Shown here one piece after another: positions 7,520 to 15,868 of a DNA stretch of 15,882 nucleotides. This stretch comes from an archaeon (GTDB lineage: Archaea > Nanobdellota > Nanobdellia > Woesearchaeales > WJKL01): positions 1 to 15,882 of the forward strand of contig JAGVIO010000202.1 of the NCBI GenBank assembly GCA_020056025.1, in the 5' to 3' direction. Within the stretch, counting starts at the first letter, position 1. Every line of letters starts with the position of its first letter. The position numbers and the translations under genes were made by a program. Under the pieces are notes generated by a model, which did no database searches, was not told the DNA's origin, and was given only the letters and a program-made list of their open reading frames with translations.

Positions 7520-9619
7520 TCAAATCTTAAACTTGCTCTCTTCAAGCTTCAGGAGCTCATACCATTCTTCATCAATCTTTTTCTGGACTTCTGCTATCTC
7601 TTCTTCTGTCATATGCCTGAATCTTCCCTGTGTGCTCAAGAATTCCTTTACTGGAATAGCGTCAGATGGCTTTTTGTTGATTGTCAGCTTTCCGTTCTCG
7701 ATCTCAAACAAGGGAGTGAATTTTGACTTGAATGCAAGCTCTGAAATCCTGATGCTCATGTTTGGCTGAATCCTCCAGCCCGGAACACAAGGTGTGAAAA
7801 CCTGGACATATGCAGGGCCTTTGTGCTCAATTGCTTTCTTGACTTTGTTGTAGAAATCCTGCGGATAAGCTATGTTTGCTGTTGCAACATAGACATGCTT
7901 TCCATGGCCTGCGATTATCATAGGCATATTCTTTTTCCATTCAATCTTTCCATGTATCAGTTTTCCTGCAGGTGTTGTGGTTGTTGCTGCATATTTCGGA
8001 GTTGCGCCTGAGCGCTGGATTCCTGTGTTATGGACTACAATGCCATCAGCAACAAAATTATGTTCGCCTTCAACCCTTAAGTCTAATGTTGGCTCTTCTT
8101 TTACATATTCAATAGAAGTTATTTTTTCTGTGCTGAAATATTCATTGTCAACTAAAAAATCTCTTTGTTTTATTTGGGAAAGATAATTTGAGGTATCTGC
8201 GTTCTTCTTTTTACTAAAGCAGATATAACCATATGTTGAATTCTCCAGTAATTTACGATAAACAACATATGTTCCTTTTTTCTTAGTCTGTAAATGTATT
8301 TTTCCAACTTGATAACTCATTGTCTGTAAAAGTAATCTTAAAGTTCTTAAGAGATCTTGACTTGCAGAAACATAACGATTACTATTTCCAAAAGAATATC
8401 CGTCTGAGGCAATTAATCCTTTTACGAATGCTTCTTTTTCATTTTGAGTTAATGTAAAAACCCAAGAAGGCACTATCTTTTCTTTTGCACCTTTGCCGAA
8501 TCCAAGAGAGTCAATAAACTTAGCAAGATTTAAAGAATATATGTAAAGATAATTTTTATCTTTCTGAATCAATTTATAATTGAATAATTTTTTGCATAAA
8601 TGAATCAAGCGATTACTTTCATTTGTACCTTTGGGCAAAGCAAAGCCAGTTTCTGTTTTTTCAACCCTTACCCAACCATCACCTACATATAAACCCAAAA
8701 ATTCCATTAATTCTGCAGAACTTGTTTTAGGAATATTTACTTCATTTATCTTATTAACTTTATAATCACCTTTGTTTGAGAGATTTATAGATTTAAATTT
8801 AAAATTTTGTCCAGGATCAATTTTCTTTAGAACAACAATTTCGTCATTTTTCTTCAATTGCCCAAGTTCTTTCCATACAAAATAAGATTCTTTTCCTCTG
8901 CCATTTCTTTTCAAAGTAAGGAATGGGTGGTTTGATGTTGCTTTTATCGTATGATGCAATGTGTTTAATTCAAAAACCTTCTTTATTCCATTATCAAAAA
9001 TTCCGGTACATTTTTTTAATACGAGGCTTCCTGTTTTTTGGTTAAAAGCGTATATTTTTTCTCCTTTTTTAATTTCAGTTATTTTTTTGAGTCCTTTTTC
9101 AGTCATTATCAAAGAATCAAGGCTTAAACAATTCATATAAGCTCCATTGTCATAACAGATGTAGCAGAAATCTGTATTTCTTTCAATTGCCCCTGACAGT
9201 GCCTGAAGGCCAATGTCAAATGTGCCTCCGTCTCCGCCGATTGCGATTACATTTGTGCCTGAATCTGCATTTGCACCTGCATCTGAATTCAATTTCTTCA
9301 GTGCTGCTGCAATTCCTGATGCAACTGCTGCTGCATTCTCAAATGCGACATGTATCCATGGAACCTTCCATGAAGTTTCAGGATAAGGAGTTGAAACTAC
9401 TTCCATACAGCCTGTTGCGTGCGCAATGATTGTATTTTTTCCTGCTGCTTTGACAAGATGGCGCATTGCAATTGTTGCTCCGCAGCCTGCGCATGCCCTG
9501 TGGCCTGAAACAAAAAGCTCTTCTTCTGGCAGGCCTGCAATCATTCTGGGCTGTGCCTGCTTCATCTCCTTTACAGCTTTTGCAGCTCTCTTTGCAGCAG
9601 ATTTCAATTGCCTAGCCAT
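7520..9619 (-). CDS. porB: Pyruvate:ferredoxin (2-oxoacid:ferredoxin) oxidoreductase beta subunit, TPP-binding, interrupted by an in-frame intein
   Basis: Exteins carry [35 protein letters not shown]|[10 protein letters not shown], the canonical PorB TPP-binding motif. The protein is 699 aa against about 300-330 aa for PorB. Its start overlaps the porA stop by 16 nt. Confidence 0.9.
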   Translation of the reverse strand: MARQLKSAAKRAAKAVKEMKQAQPRMIAGLPEEELFVSGHRACAGCGATIAMRHLVKAAGKNTIIAHATGCMEVVSTPYPETSWKVPWIHVAFENAAAVASGIAAALKKLNSDAGANADSGTNVIAIGGDGGTFDIGLQALSGAIERNTDFCYICYDNGAYMNCLSLDSLIMTEKGLKKITEIKKGEKIYAFNQKTGSLVLKKCTGIFDNGIKKVFELNTLHHTIKATSNHPFLTLKRNGRGKESYFVWKELGQLKKNDEIVVLKKIDPGQNFKFKSINLSNKGDYKVNKINEVNIPKTSSAELMEFLGLYVGDGWVRVEKTETGFALPKGTNESNRLIHLCKKLFNYKLIQKDKNYLYIYSLNLAKFIDSLGFGKGAKEKIVPSWVFTLTQNEKEAFVKGLIASDGYSFGNSNRYVSASQDLLRTLRLLLQTMSYQVGKIHLQTKKKGTYVVYRKLLENSTYGYICFSKKKNADTSNYLSQIKQRDFLVDNEYFSTEKITSIEYVKEEPTLDLRVEGEHNFVADGIVVHNTGIQRSGATPKYAATTTTPAGKLIHGKIEWKKNMPMIIAGHGKHVYVATANIAYPQDFYNKVKKAIEHKGPAYVQVFTPCVPGWRIQPNMSIRISELAFKSKFTPLFEIENGKLTINKKPSDAIPVKEFLSTQGRFRHMTEEEIAEVQKKIDEEWYELLKLEESKFKI
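8027..9130 (-). mobile_element. Intein (368 aa) with a LAGLIDADG homing-endonuclease domain, inserted in porB between N163 and T532
   Basis: Begins with Cys ([13 protein letters not shown], block A), has a TxxH block B (NTLHHT), and ends ...[12 protein letters not shown] followed by +1 Thr. Internal motifs [10 protein letters not shown] and [10 protein letters not shown] are LAGLIDADG. Boundaries were verified at the nucleotide level: Cys codon 9128-9130, Asn codon 8027-8029. Confidence 0.85.
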
Positions 9620-10788
9620 TCTCTGACCTCTTGTTTTGACTCAATTGTTTTATTAATTGCTTTTGCAATCATTTCAGGAGTTATATCTCTTCCGCCTAAT
9701 CCCATTATAAAATTGTTAACTATCAAATTATTGTTTGGCTTCAATGCTGCCTTGATGTCTGTGTGCAATGCTCCGTTGTGGCCCAAGGATATGTTCCTGT
9801 CAAGCACTGCAATTGCCTTAAGGTTTTTTACTGCGTCTAAGATATCTTCTTCTGGGAATGGCCTGTAAGCCTTTACTTTTATCATTCCTACTCTCTTGCC
9901 TTCTTTTCTTAGATTATCAACAACCTCGCGTGCTGTGCTGCATAATGTTCCCATGCCAACAACTGCATATTCTGCATCTTTCATCTGATACAATTCGATT
10001 AGGCCATTGCCGTATGATCTTTTGAATCTCTTTGACCATTCTTCATTTGTTTTTCGGATTACTGTAAGAGACTTGGCAATTGCATCATTCTGCTGCTGCT
10101 TGAATTCCATATAGGAATTAGGAAGGCCAATTGGTCCAACTGTAATTGGATTTTTTGGGTCAAGCTTGTAGAATGGCTTGAATGAGGGCAAGAATGAATC
10201 AACTGCTTTGTCAGAGGGTATGTCTACTGGCTCAAAAACATGGCTCAATGTAAAGCCATCCAGGCAGACCATGACAGGGGTAAGGACTTTCCTGTCTTCT
10301 GCAATCCTGAAAGCCATTATTGTTGTGTCCAATGCTTCCTGAGCAGATTCTACATATAACTGAATCCAGCCAGCATCCCTTTCTGAGATAGAATCCTGCT
10401 GGTCATTCCAGATATTAATAGGAGCTGAAAGCGCTCTGTTTGCAACAGCCATCACAATAGGAAGCCTTAAGCCAGATGCTATGAAAACAATCTCATGCAT
10501 CAATGCAAGGCCCTGCGAAGCTGTTGCTGTGAAAGTCCTTACGCCTGTTGCAGATGCGCCAATCGCTGCTGAGAGAGCAGAATGCTCTGACTCGACATTA
10601 ATAAGCTCGCAGTCCATTTCGCCATCGTAAACGAAATCCGCAATTCTTTCCGGTATATGCGTATCCACGAATTCAAGTAAACCTTAAATTCACTGTGGTG
10701 TTATCGGATAGACTGGGATAACTTTGGGCTTACAGAGTTTTGCTGCAATGGCTACTGCTTCTGATGCTTCAATTACTTTTTTTGCCAT
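9604..10788 (-). CDS. porA: Pyruvate:ferredoxin oxidoreductase alpha subunit, interrupted: N-terminal 32 codons (10693..10788), then a 30-nt in-frame segment with TGA and TAA, then the remaining 354 codons (9604..10668)
   Basis: 10788->10693 encodes [32 protein letters not shown], the canonical PorA N-terminus. The same frame resumes as [31 protein letters not shown]...[18 protein letters not shown]..., which is canonical. The ORF track only reports the part from GTG 10668. Confidence 0.8.
10663..10692 (-). other. 30-nt in-frame segment inside porA containing two stop codons and a 9-bp hairpin (mRNA: UGAAUUUAAGGUUUACUUGAAUUCGUGGAU)
   Basis: Read directly codon by codon: ...CCA CAG UGA AUU UAA GGU UUA CUU GAA UUC GUG GAU ACG CAU... 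Stem GAAUUUAAG/CUUGAAUUC (one G.U pair), loop GUUUA, plus flanking CCAC/GUGG pairing with an AGU bulge. Confidence 0.6.
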
Positions 10789-10810
10789 CTAACCATTGAA
10801 TATCAAGGAT

Positions 10811-10826
10811 ATATTTAAATATTAGT
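10811..10826. promoter_or_regulatory. AT-rich divergent intergenic region with a TATA-like ATATTTAAATATTAG between the porA start (10788, -) and the endonuclease gene start (10856, +)
   Basis: TTTAAATA at 10815-10822, about 40 nt upstream of ATG 10856. The box is near-palindromic, so it could serve either direction. Confidence 0.3.
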
Positions 10827-10855
10827 ATCTCTTTGATTCTTTATTGGGTGTTTAT

Positions 10856-12037
10856 ATGGTAAACTATAACATTAATCTGGATGACATTCCTTCGGGCAAT
10901 ATATACCTTAGAATTAAAAAAGGGTATGTGCAAAAAATATCCCATCTAATCAGGAAATCGAATACTCTTCTTCCAGTTGAAATTAAACAAAAAATCTACA
11001 ATATGGAACGGGGGCAGAAAGTTTCGCTAGCCTTCATTAAAAAAATTTCATTAAATCTGGATATACCTATGCATGAAATTGAAAAGAATATAGAAAGAAT
11101 TACGAGTTTAAAGTCAACAGAAGTGGGGATAAGAAATCCAAATTTTCCAATCTGCTTTTCAAGCATTGATGGAGCAAGATTCATTGCTGGAATCATGGGA
11201 GATGGCGAAATGAATAAAGTAATGCAGATAAGATATAATAATCAAAATACATATCTTATAAATCTAATATTGAAATCTGCAAAGAGGATATTTGGGGATA
11301 TAGACTATAAACTTTATTACAGAAAAGATAAGACATACCAATTGCATTTTCCTAAAATTTCTGGATTAATTACTACATTGGTAGGCATTAAGCCGGGATT
11401 TAAAACAATTACGGACAATCCCATACCAGAATGTATCCTCAAAAATAAAAATAAGAATATTAAATTTGCATTCGTAAGACAATTTTTCAATGATGAAGGA
11501 AATGTGAGACTAAAGGATAGAAGATTGCAGGTTAAACAAACAGTAAAAGTAAATGTTTCAAAAGAGGAGGCTAAGAAAGAGATATTGAACTATGCACCTA
11601 AAGTATTAATTGGGCTGCAGAACATGCTTGATTGTTTAGGCATTGATTCAAAAATCTCGCTTGGCGCTTATAGAAAAGACAGGATAGACTGCGAACTTTC
11701 ATTTTACAGGATTGAAAATCTAAAAATATTCCAAAAATATATTGGATTTGATATTGACTATAAAAATCTAAATCTTGATAAGGCAATAAAAAGCTATAAA
11801 TTCCCATCTGCTGCAAGAAATAAAAAGCTAGAATTTGCAATTGAATCTGCAAAAAGAGTAGAGAAAAAATATGGATTTTTCAATAAAGATCTGCTTTCAA
11901 AAGAATGCAAGAGGTCACTTAAAACTGCAACATATTATATTGTTGAATTAAAAAAAAGAAACATGATTAGATGCATTGAAATCCCTAGAAGAAAAGATGG
12001 CCGTGAAATGGCGAATAAATATAAGATTATATCTTGA
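10856..12037 (+). CDS. Free-standing double-motif LAGLIDADG homing endonuclease-like protein with an N-terminal extension of about 110 aa
   Basis: Two LAGLIDADG motifs, ARFIAGIMGDGEMN and FAFVRQFFNDEGNV, spaced about 100 aa apart as in single-chain LAGLIDADG enzymes. There are no intein terminal blocks (no C/S at position 1, no HN at the end). The ORF track starts at TTG 10844; the first ATG is 10856. Confidence 0.7.
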   Translation: MVNYNINLDDIPSGNIYLRIKKGYVQKISHLIRKSNTLLPVEIKQKIYNMERGQKVSLAFIKKISLNLDIPMHEIEKNIERITSLKSTEVGIRNPNFPICFSSIDGARFIAGIMGDGEMNKVMQIRYNNQNTYLINLILKSAKRIFGDIDYKLYYRKDKTYQLHFPKISGLITTLVGIKPGFKTITDNPIPECILKNKNKNIKFAFVRQFFNDEGNVRLKDRRLQVKQTVKVNVSKEEAKKEILNYAPKVLIGLQNMLDCLGIDSKISLGAYRKDRIDCELSFYRIENLKIFQKYIGFDIDYKNLNLDKAIKSYKFPSAARNKKLEFAIESAKRVEKKYGFFNKDLLSKECKRSLKTATYYIVELKKRNMIRCIEIPRRKDGREMANKYKIIS

Positions 12038-12464
12038 TTACCTTTTTAGGCTTTGATTCTTCTTTTTTTTCTTTTTCTTCTGATTCTTCTGAAGAGTTTT
12101 CTTTTTCCTGTTCTTCCTCATCTGCTTCTTTTTCTTTCTTCTCTTTCTTATGAAGCTTTTTAGCATGGTGCCTGGCTTGTTTTTTTTCAGCTTTTTCTTT
12201 TTTCTCATGCTTTCGGTATTTGCCTTTAATCAAGCCTGTGATGAATTTAAACAAATATCTTATGCCGAATACAATTACGATTATGCAGACTGTTGTAATC
12301 AAAATCCATATAAGGATCTCTTTAAGATAAGCCATCATATTGCAGTCTATAAGATCTAAGCCGCATTTGAATTTGCCAAACTTAAAAAAATCACGAAGCT
12401 TTAATCCAATGCCTAGCAGGATTCCGATTATAATGCTATTTTTCAATATCTTTAGCTTGCCCAT
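12027..12464 (-). CDS. Small membrane protein (two predicted TM helices) with a lysine/glutamate-rich C-terminal tail; hypothetical
   Basis: Hydrophobic segments IIIGILLGIGL and ILIWILITTVCIIVIVFGI, then a KHEKKEKAEKK...EEEQEKENSSEESEEKEKKEESKPKK tail. Starts 8 nt after the porD stop on the same strand; its 3' end overlaps the endonuclease gene's 3' end by 11 nt (convergent). Confidence 0.5.
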   Translation of the reverse strand: MGKLKILKNSIIIGILLGIGLKLRDFFKFGKFKCGLDLIDCNMMAYLKEILIWILITTVCIIVIVFGIRYLFKFITGLIKGKYRKHEKKEKAEKKQARHHAKKLHKKEKKEKEADEEEQEKENSSEESEEKEKKEESKPKKVIKI

Positions 12465-12472
12465 TTTATTCC

Positions 12473-12766
12473 CTACTTAATCTCCTTTACCATTGCAATG
12501 CACTTGACAGGGCATTCTTCTGCGCAGATGCCGCAGCCTTTGCAGTAATCATAATTGACTGTTGATTTGCCTTCTTTATCCATTATTATTGCTGAATCAG
12601 GGCAGAACTGCCAGCATCTTCCGCATTTTATGCATCTTTTCCTGTCTACAATCGGCTTCACAGAGCGCCAGCTGCCTGTCTTGTTCTTCAATGTTGAGCC
12701 TGGCTCTTTGACTATTGCACCAATTGTCAGTTCAATCTTATTTTTCTGCTGCTTTTGTTTTGGCAT
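12473..12766 (-). CDS. porD: Pyruvate:ferredoxin oxidoreductase delta subunit (2x[4Fe-4S] ferredoxin)
   Basis: Two CxxCxxCxxxCP motifs (CIKCGRCWQFCP, CKGCGICAEECP). Size is 97 aa and it sits between porG and porA. Confidence 0.85.
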   Translation of the reverse strand: MPKQKQQKNKIELTIGAIVKEPGSTLKNKTGSWRSVKPIVDRKRCIKCGRCWQFCPDSAIIMDKEGKSTVNYDYCKGCGICAEECPVKCIAMVKEIK

Positions 12767-12826
12767 ATTCTGTTTTATCTTTTTTTATTTGGTTATTTTA
12801 TTTTTCTATTTTTTTCTTTTAATTTT

Positions 12827-13405
12827 TTATTTTTTCTGTTTTGCTTTTTCTATTTTTTTTCTTAATATTTTATTATAAACTTCCTTTATTGCCTGCTTGT
12901 TCAGGTCAATGAGCTTTGGATTTCCCTCAAACTTCTGCTCAACTGCCTTGTTCAATGAATCAAGGCTGATTTCTTTGGTCACTGCTGCAAACGCGCCAAG
13001 CATTGCTGTATTGACAATGTCCTGACCAAAGATATTGACTGCTATTAAGCTTGCATCTGCTGCATAAACCTTGAATTTTTTCAGCCCAAGGGCTTTTCCC
13101 GGCTTGCTGGTGTTTACAATAACAATCCCTTGTTTCTTAAGTCCTTCTGTGACATCCAGGTCTTTGATCAGGCTTGCATCAAGAACAACCACAATATCAG
13201 GGCAGTATATCAATGACCTGCGCATATTGCCTTTTTCTTCTGATAATCTTGTGAATGAAAATGAAGGAGCTCCTCTTCTTTCAACACCGAAAGAAGGCAT
13301 TGCCTGGACAGCAGGATATCCCTGCTCAAATGCTGCTATTGCCAGTAGCTGAGAAAAAGTTACAGCTCCCTGGCCACCTCTTCCTATCACCTTGATTTCA
13401 AGCAT
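12827..13405 (-). CDS. porG: Pyruvate:ferredoxin oxidoreductase gamma subunit
   Basis: MLEIKVIGRGGQGAVT...AMPSFGVERRGAPSFSFTRL...YCPDIVVVLDASL matches the PorG signature. The ORF track's upstream extension to 13564 (hydrophobic, Tyr-rich) is probably not translated; start chosen at ATG 13403-13405. Confidence 0.85.
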   Translation of the reverse strand: MLEIKVIGRGGQGAVTFSQLLAIAAFEQGYPAVQAMPSFGVERRGAPSFSFTRLSEEKGNMRRSLIYCPDIVVVLDASLIKDLDVTEGLKKQGIVIVNTSKPGKALGLKKFKVYAADASLIAVNIFGQDIVNTAMLGAFAAVTKEISLDSLNKAVEQKFEGNPKLIDLNKQAIKEVYNKILRKKIEKAKQKK

Positions 13406-13554
13406 TATTGTTTGAATAGCCTTATAATATATAAAATTATTGATTTGCTTAAATAGCATAAACAACCATTTACCGAAATATATATAAATAAAGGTTAAGT
13501 ATATAGTTGTGTTGATTAGATATAGGTATAGATTGCAATAAAAAGGTGTGATAG

Positions 13555-15120
13555 TTGGACGCAAAAAAATATGCAGAATTGCTGATTAAGAACGGGTTTG
13601 TCAAAGAAAGTTATATGCATTTATATGATTCTGCGCTTAAGGAAAAATTTGATAAGATTGCTGAAGAAAAGTTTGACAAAGATGCTGAAAAGGAGTTCAA
13701 AGACAAAATCAAGAAGATATTTGATGAGCATAAGGATGAATGGCCTGATCATGCTGACCAGGAATCAATTGAGTCTGGGTATAAGAATTATGACAAAACT
13801 GAATTTCCAAGGCCTCTGAAAAGGATGAGGCTTATATGGGATTCTTTCAATCTTTCTGTTGAAGAGCCGTATTTCTGGCTATTGAATAATTTAAGGGAAA
13901 ACTTCGGCTATACTGATGTGGACAAAATAATAGATATATATTCTGCTGCAGAAAACTCTGCTTTTTTTGGGGTAACGCAGATGAGGCTTGGAGCGCAGCA
14001 AGACAAAGTTACGCAGCTTTTGACAAGCATTGGAAAAATGGTGAAAGATCTTTTCCAGATAGTGAGGGAGCTGAGGATAATTGACGAAAGGCTGCTTTAT
14101 TACAGGGAAAGCCTGGGCCTTGACGAGAATTACGAGAAAGTAAAGGATGGCTTTAAAGAAGCATCAGAAATAACGCTTAAAGACATATGGATCTCACAAG
14201 TGCAGGGCGGAACAAAAAACCCTGCGTCTATATTCGGCCTTGCAAGGGAAGTAGGATTTATGTCATTGCCTGACCTGTTCTTTTCAACGCACCCTCAGCT
14301 CGAAGATGATGTTGATGAATATGTTGAAAAGCACAGGGGAGGATTTAACCCATCCCTGAAAAATGTCCTTAAGAGGAGCCTTAAAATGTATCTTGAATGG
14401 AAAAAGAGAACCTTTCAGGAGCTTAAGGTAAGGAGAGGATTTACGCTCAAATATCTAAAGCAGCATTCTGACATAATCAAGATGTATATCGGATGGGTCA
14501 AGCCCTACCTAAGGCATATCAGAAAGCTTACATTAGACGAGAATAAAATGGAAACAGTTGACCTTGTTTCTTCTTTTGAAGGCAGCCTTCTTGAAACAGA
14601 GTATCTGGCAAAGAAAAAGAGCGGAGATGCTTTTGCCTGCGTGCTTGTCCATATATTATTCAGAACAAGGCCTTCATTGGCGTATCAGCAGGAAGGTTAT
14701 CAGAGAGGAGCAATACATGTAGGAATGATGATTCTTGATATAAGAGGATATGCAATGACAAAAGAGGAAATAGAGCGCTATAAACAGATGAGGCAAGATG
14801 AGGACTTTGAATTGATAAGATCAATCTCTGAGTCTGTTGCTGCTGCAATGGATGCATTGGGCAAGGAATTCGAGGATTATCTCAGAGAAGCAGAGGGAGC
14901 TGAAAAAAAGAAAGAGAAAGAAGAAAAGAAAGAGACTAAGCTGGGCTTCTGGGAAAGCTTCAAAATAGAATTTGTCGGAGCAAAAAAGGCAAAGCCAAAA
15001 AAACCTAAAAAGAAAGAGTCGAAGAAAATTGACAAAAAAAATGCAGAAAAAGAAGCAAGAGCTACTGCATTCAACCTTTACAGATATTTCAAGAAAGGCC
15101 ATGGAATGGTTCAGTGGTAA
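13555..15120 (+). CDS. Hypothetical 521-aa alpha-helical protein with an EKFDK-repeat N-terminus and a lysine-rich C-terminal tail; no recognisable motifs
   Basis: Long ORF transcribed divergently from porG. Putative TTG start preceded by AGGTG (13544-13548) 6 nt upstream; the first ATG is 20 codons in. No Walker or other catalytic motifs noticed. Confidence 0.55.
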   Translation: MDAKKYAELLIKNGFVKESYMHLYDSALKEKFDKIAEEKFDKDAEKEFKDKIKKIFDEHKDEWPDHADQESIESGYKNYDKTEFPRPLKRMRLIWDSFNLSVEEPYFWLLNNLRENFGYTDVDKIIDIYSAAENSAFFGVTQMRLGAQQDKVTQLLTSIGKMVKDLFQIVRELRIIDERLLYYRESLGLDENYEKVKDGFKEASEITLKDIWISQVQGGTKNPASIFGLAREVGFMSLPDLFFSTHPQLEDDVDEYVEKHRGGFNPSLKNVLKRSLKMYLEWKKRTFQELKVRRGFTLKYLKQHSDIIKMYIGWVKPYLRHIRKLTLDENKMETVDLVSSFEGSLLETEYLAKKKSGDAFACVLVHILFRTRPSLAYQQEGYQRGAIHVGMMILDIRGYAMTKEEIERYKQMRQDEDFELIRSISESVAAAMDALGKEFEDYLREAEGAEKKKEKEEKKETKLGFWESFKIEFVGAKKAKPKKPKKKESKKIDKKNAEKEARATAFNLYRYFKKGHGMVQW

Positions 15121-15125
15121 TCTAA

Positions 15126-15755
15126 ATGAGCGAGAAAGATGAGGTAGATGAGCTGAAAAAACTTCCGCCTGCATTGCGCATAAAAAGGCTTAAGGAGATA
15201 CAGGAGAAAAACAAGCAGGAGATTGAAAAGGCGCAGAAGCTTATCAAGACAAGCGAAACAGAGGAAGCAAAGGAAAGGGAGCTGGAAAAGATTCCAATCC
15301 CTCAGCTCAAGGCAGCCAATATAGACCAGCTTTTTACTGCAGAAGAAAAGGCGCTGTTCAGGGAAGCAAGGCAAATCAGGGAGCAGCAAAAAACTGAAGA
15401 AGAGCCTGCTAAGAAAAAAGGGCTGGAAAGCATTGCGCAGGAAGCTTCAAGGCAAGAGGTTGAGCAGGCAAGGATGCAGGTTGAATACCTGAAGCAGCAG
15501 CCTGCAGATGAGCTTAAAGAAAGAATATCTAATATTTATAATGTTGTAAAAGAGACAGGCTATATAAACAGTTCGCAGCAGGAAGAACTCCTAAGGATAG
15601 ATTATGCAACAAGAGAGAAGATGAAAGACATTGAAGCCGGGAAATATTCTGATGTCGGCAGGGAAGCTGCAAACGCAATGATTGTGACTGAAAGAATCAA
15701 AAACTGGCTTATGGACAAATACCAGGCAGGAACAATTTACAAAAGGACTGATTAA
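15126..15755 (+). CDS. Hypothetical 209-aa highly charged coiled-coil protein, translationally coupled to the upstream gene (5-nt gap)
   Basis: ORF with an E/K/Q-rich heptad-like sequence; no recognisable motif. Confidence 0.55.
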   Translation: MSEKDEVDELKKLPPALRIKRLKEIQEKNKQEIEKAQKLIKTSETEEAKERELEKIPIPQLKAANIDQLFTAEEKALFREARQIREQQKTEEEPAKKKGLESIAQEASRQEVEQARMQVEYLKQQPADELKERISNIYNVVKETGYINSSQQEELLRIDYATREKMKDIEAGKYSDVGREAANAMIVTERIKNWLMDKYQAGTIYKRTD

Positions 15756-15756
15756 A

Positions 15757-15867
15757 GATGGTTGTCAATAATTATGTAAATGCAATGGACAGGGATTTTT
15801 ATGCAAAGACAAGTGAAACCCCTAATTCAACAAATGATGTCGGAGTTGGGGTAGAGGATGTTGGGTA
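15757..15867 (+). CDS. Possible 36-aa small ORF (MVVNNYVNAMDRDFYAKTSETPNSTNDVGVGVEDVG) starting 1 nt after the previous stop
   Basis: Tight coupling is the only evidence. It runs directly into the adapter-contaminated contig end. Confidence 0.15.
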
Positions 15868-15868
15868 A

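Noticed and set aside
10663-10692. Stop-codon reassignment (e.g. a UGA=Gly code) as the explanation for the in-frame stops in porA
   Set aside because: The segment has both TGA and TAA. Within this window TAA, TAG and TGA each terminate well-supported genes (epimerase, secD, SPFH respectively).
10640-10720. Canonical bulge-helix-bulge archaeal intron in porA
   Set aside because: Only one 3-nt bulge (AGU) between two helices is evident. I could not find the second bulge on the opposite strand, so a canonical BHB cannot be asserted. It is kept as a low-probability alternative within the main finding.
12555-12878. 107-aa + strand ORF rich in Phe/Cys/Leu (FFCCFCFGIFCFIFF...)
   Set aside because: It is the T-rich antisense of the porD 5' end and of the A-rich porG-porD spacer, with low-complexity composition, so it is a spurious ORF.
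12827-13564. Upstream extension of porG to 13564 (extra 53 aa MRPTITPFYCNLYLYL...)
   Set aside because: The extension is hydrophobic, Tyr-rich and low-complexity. It overlaps the divergent AT-rich promoter region, and canonical PorG begins at MLEIKVIGRGGQG.
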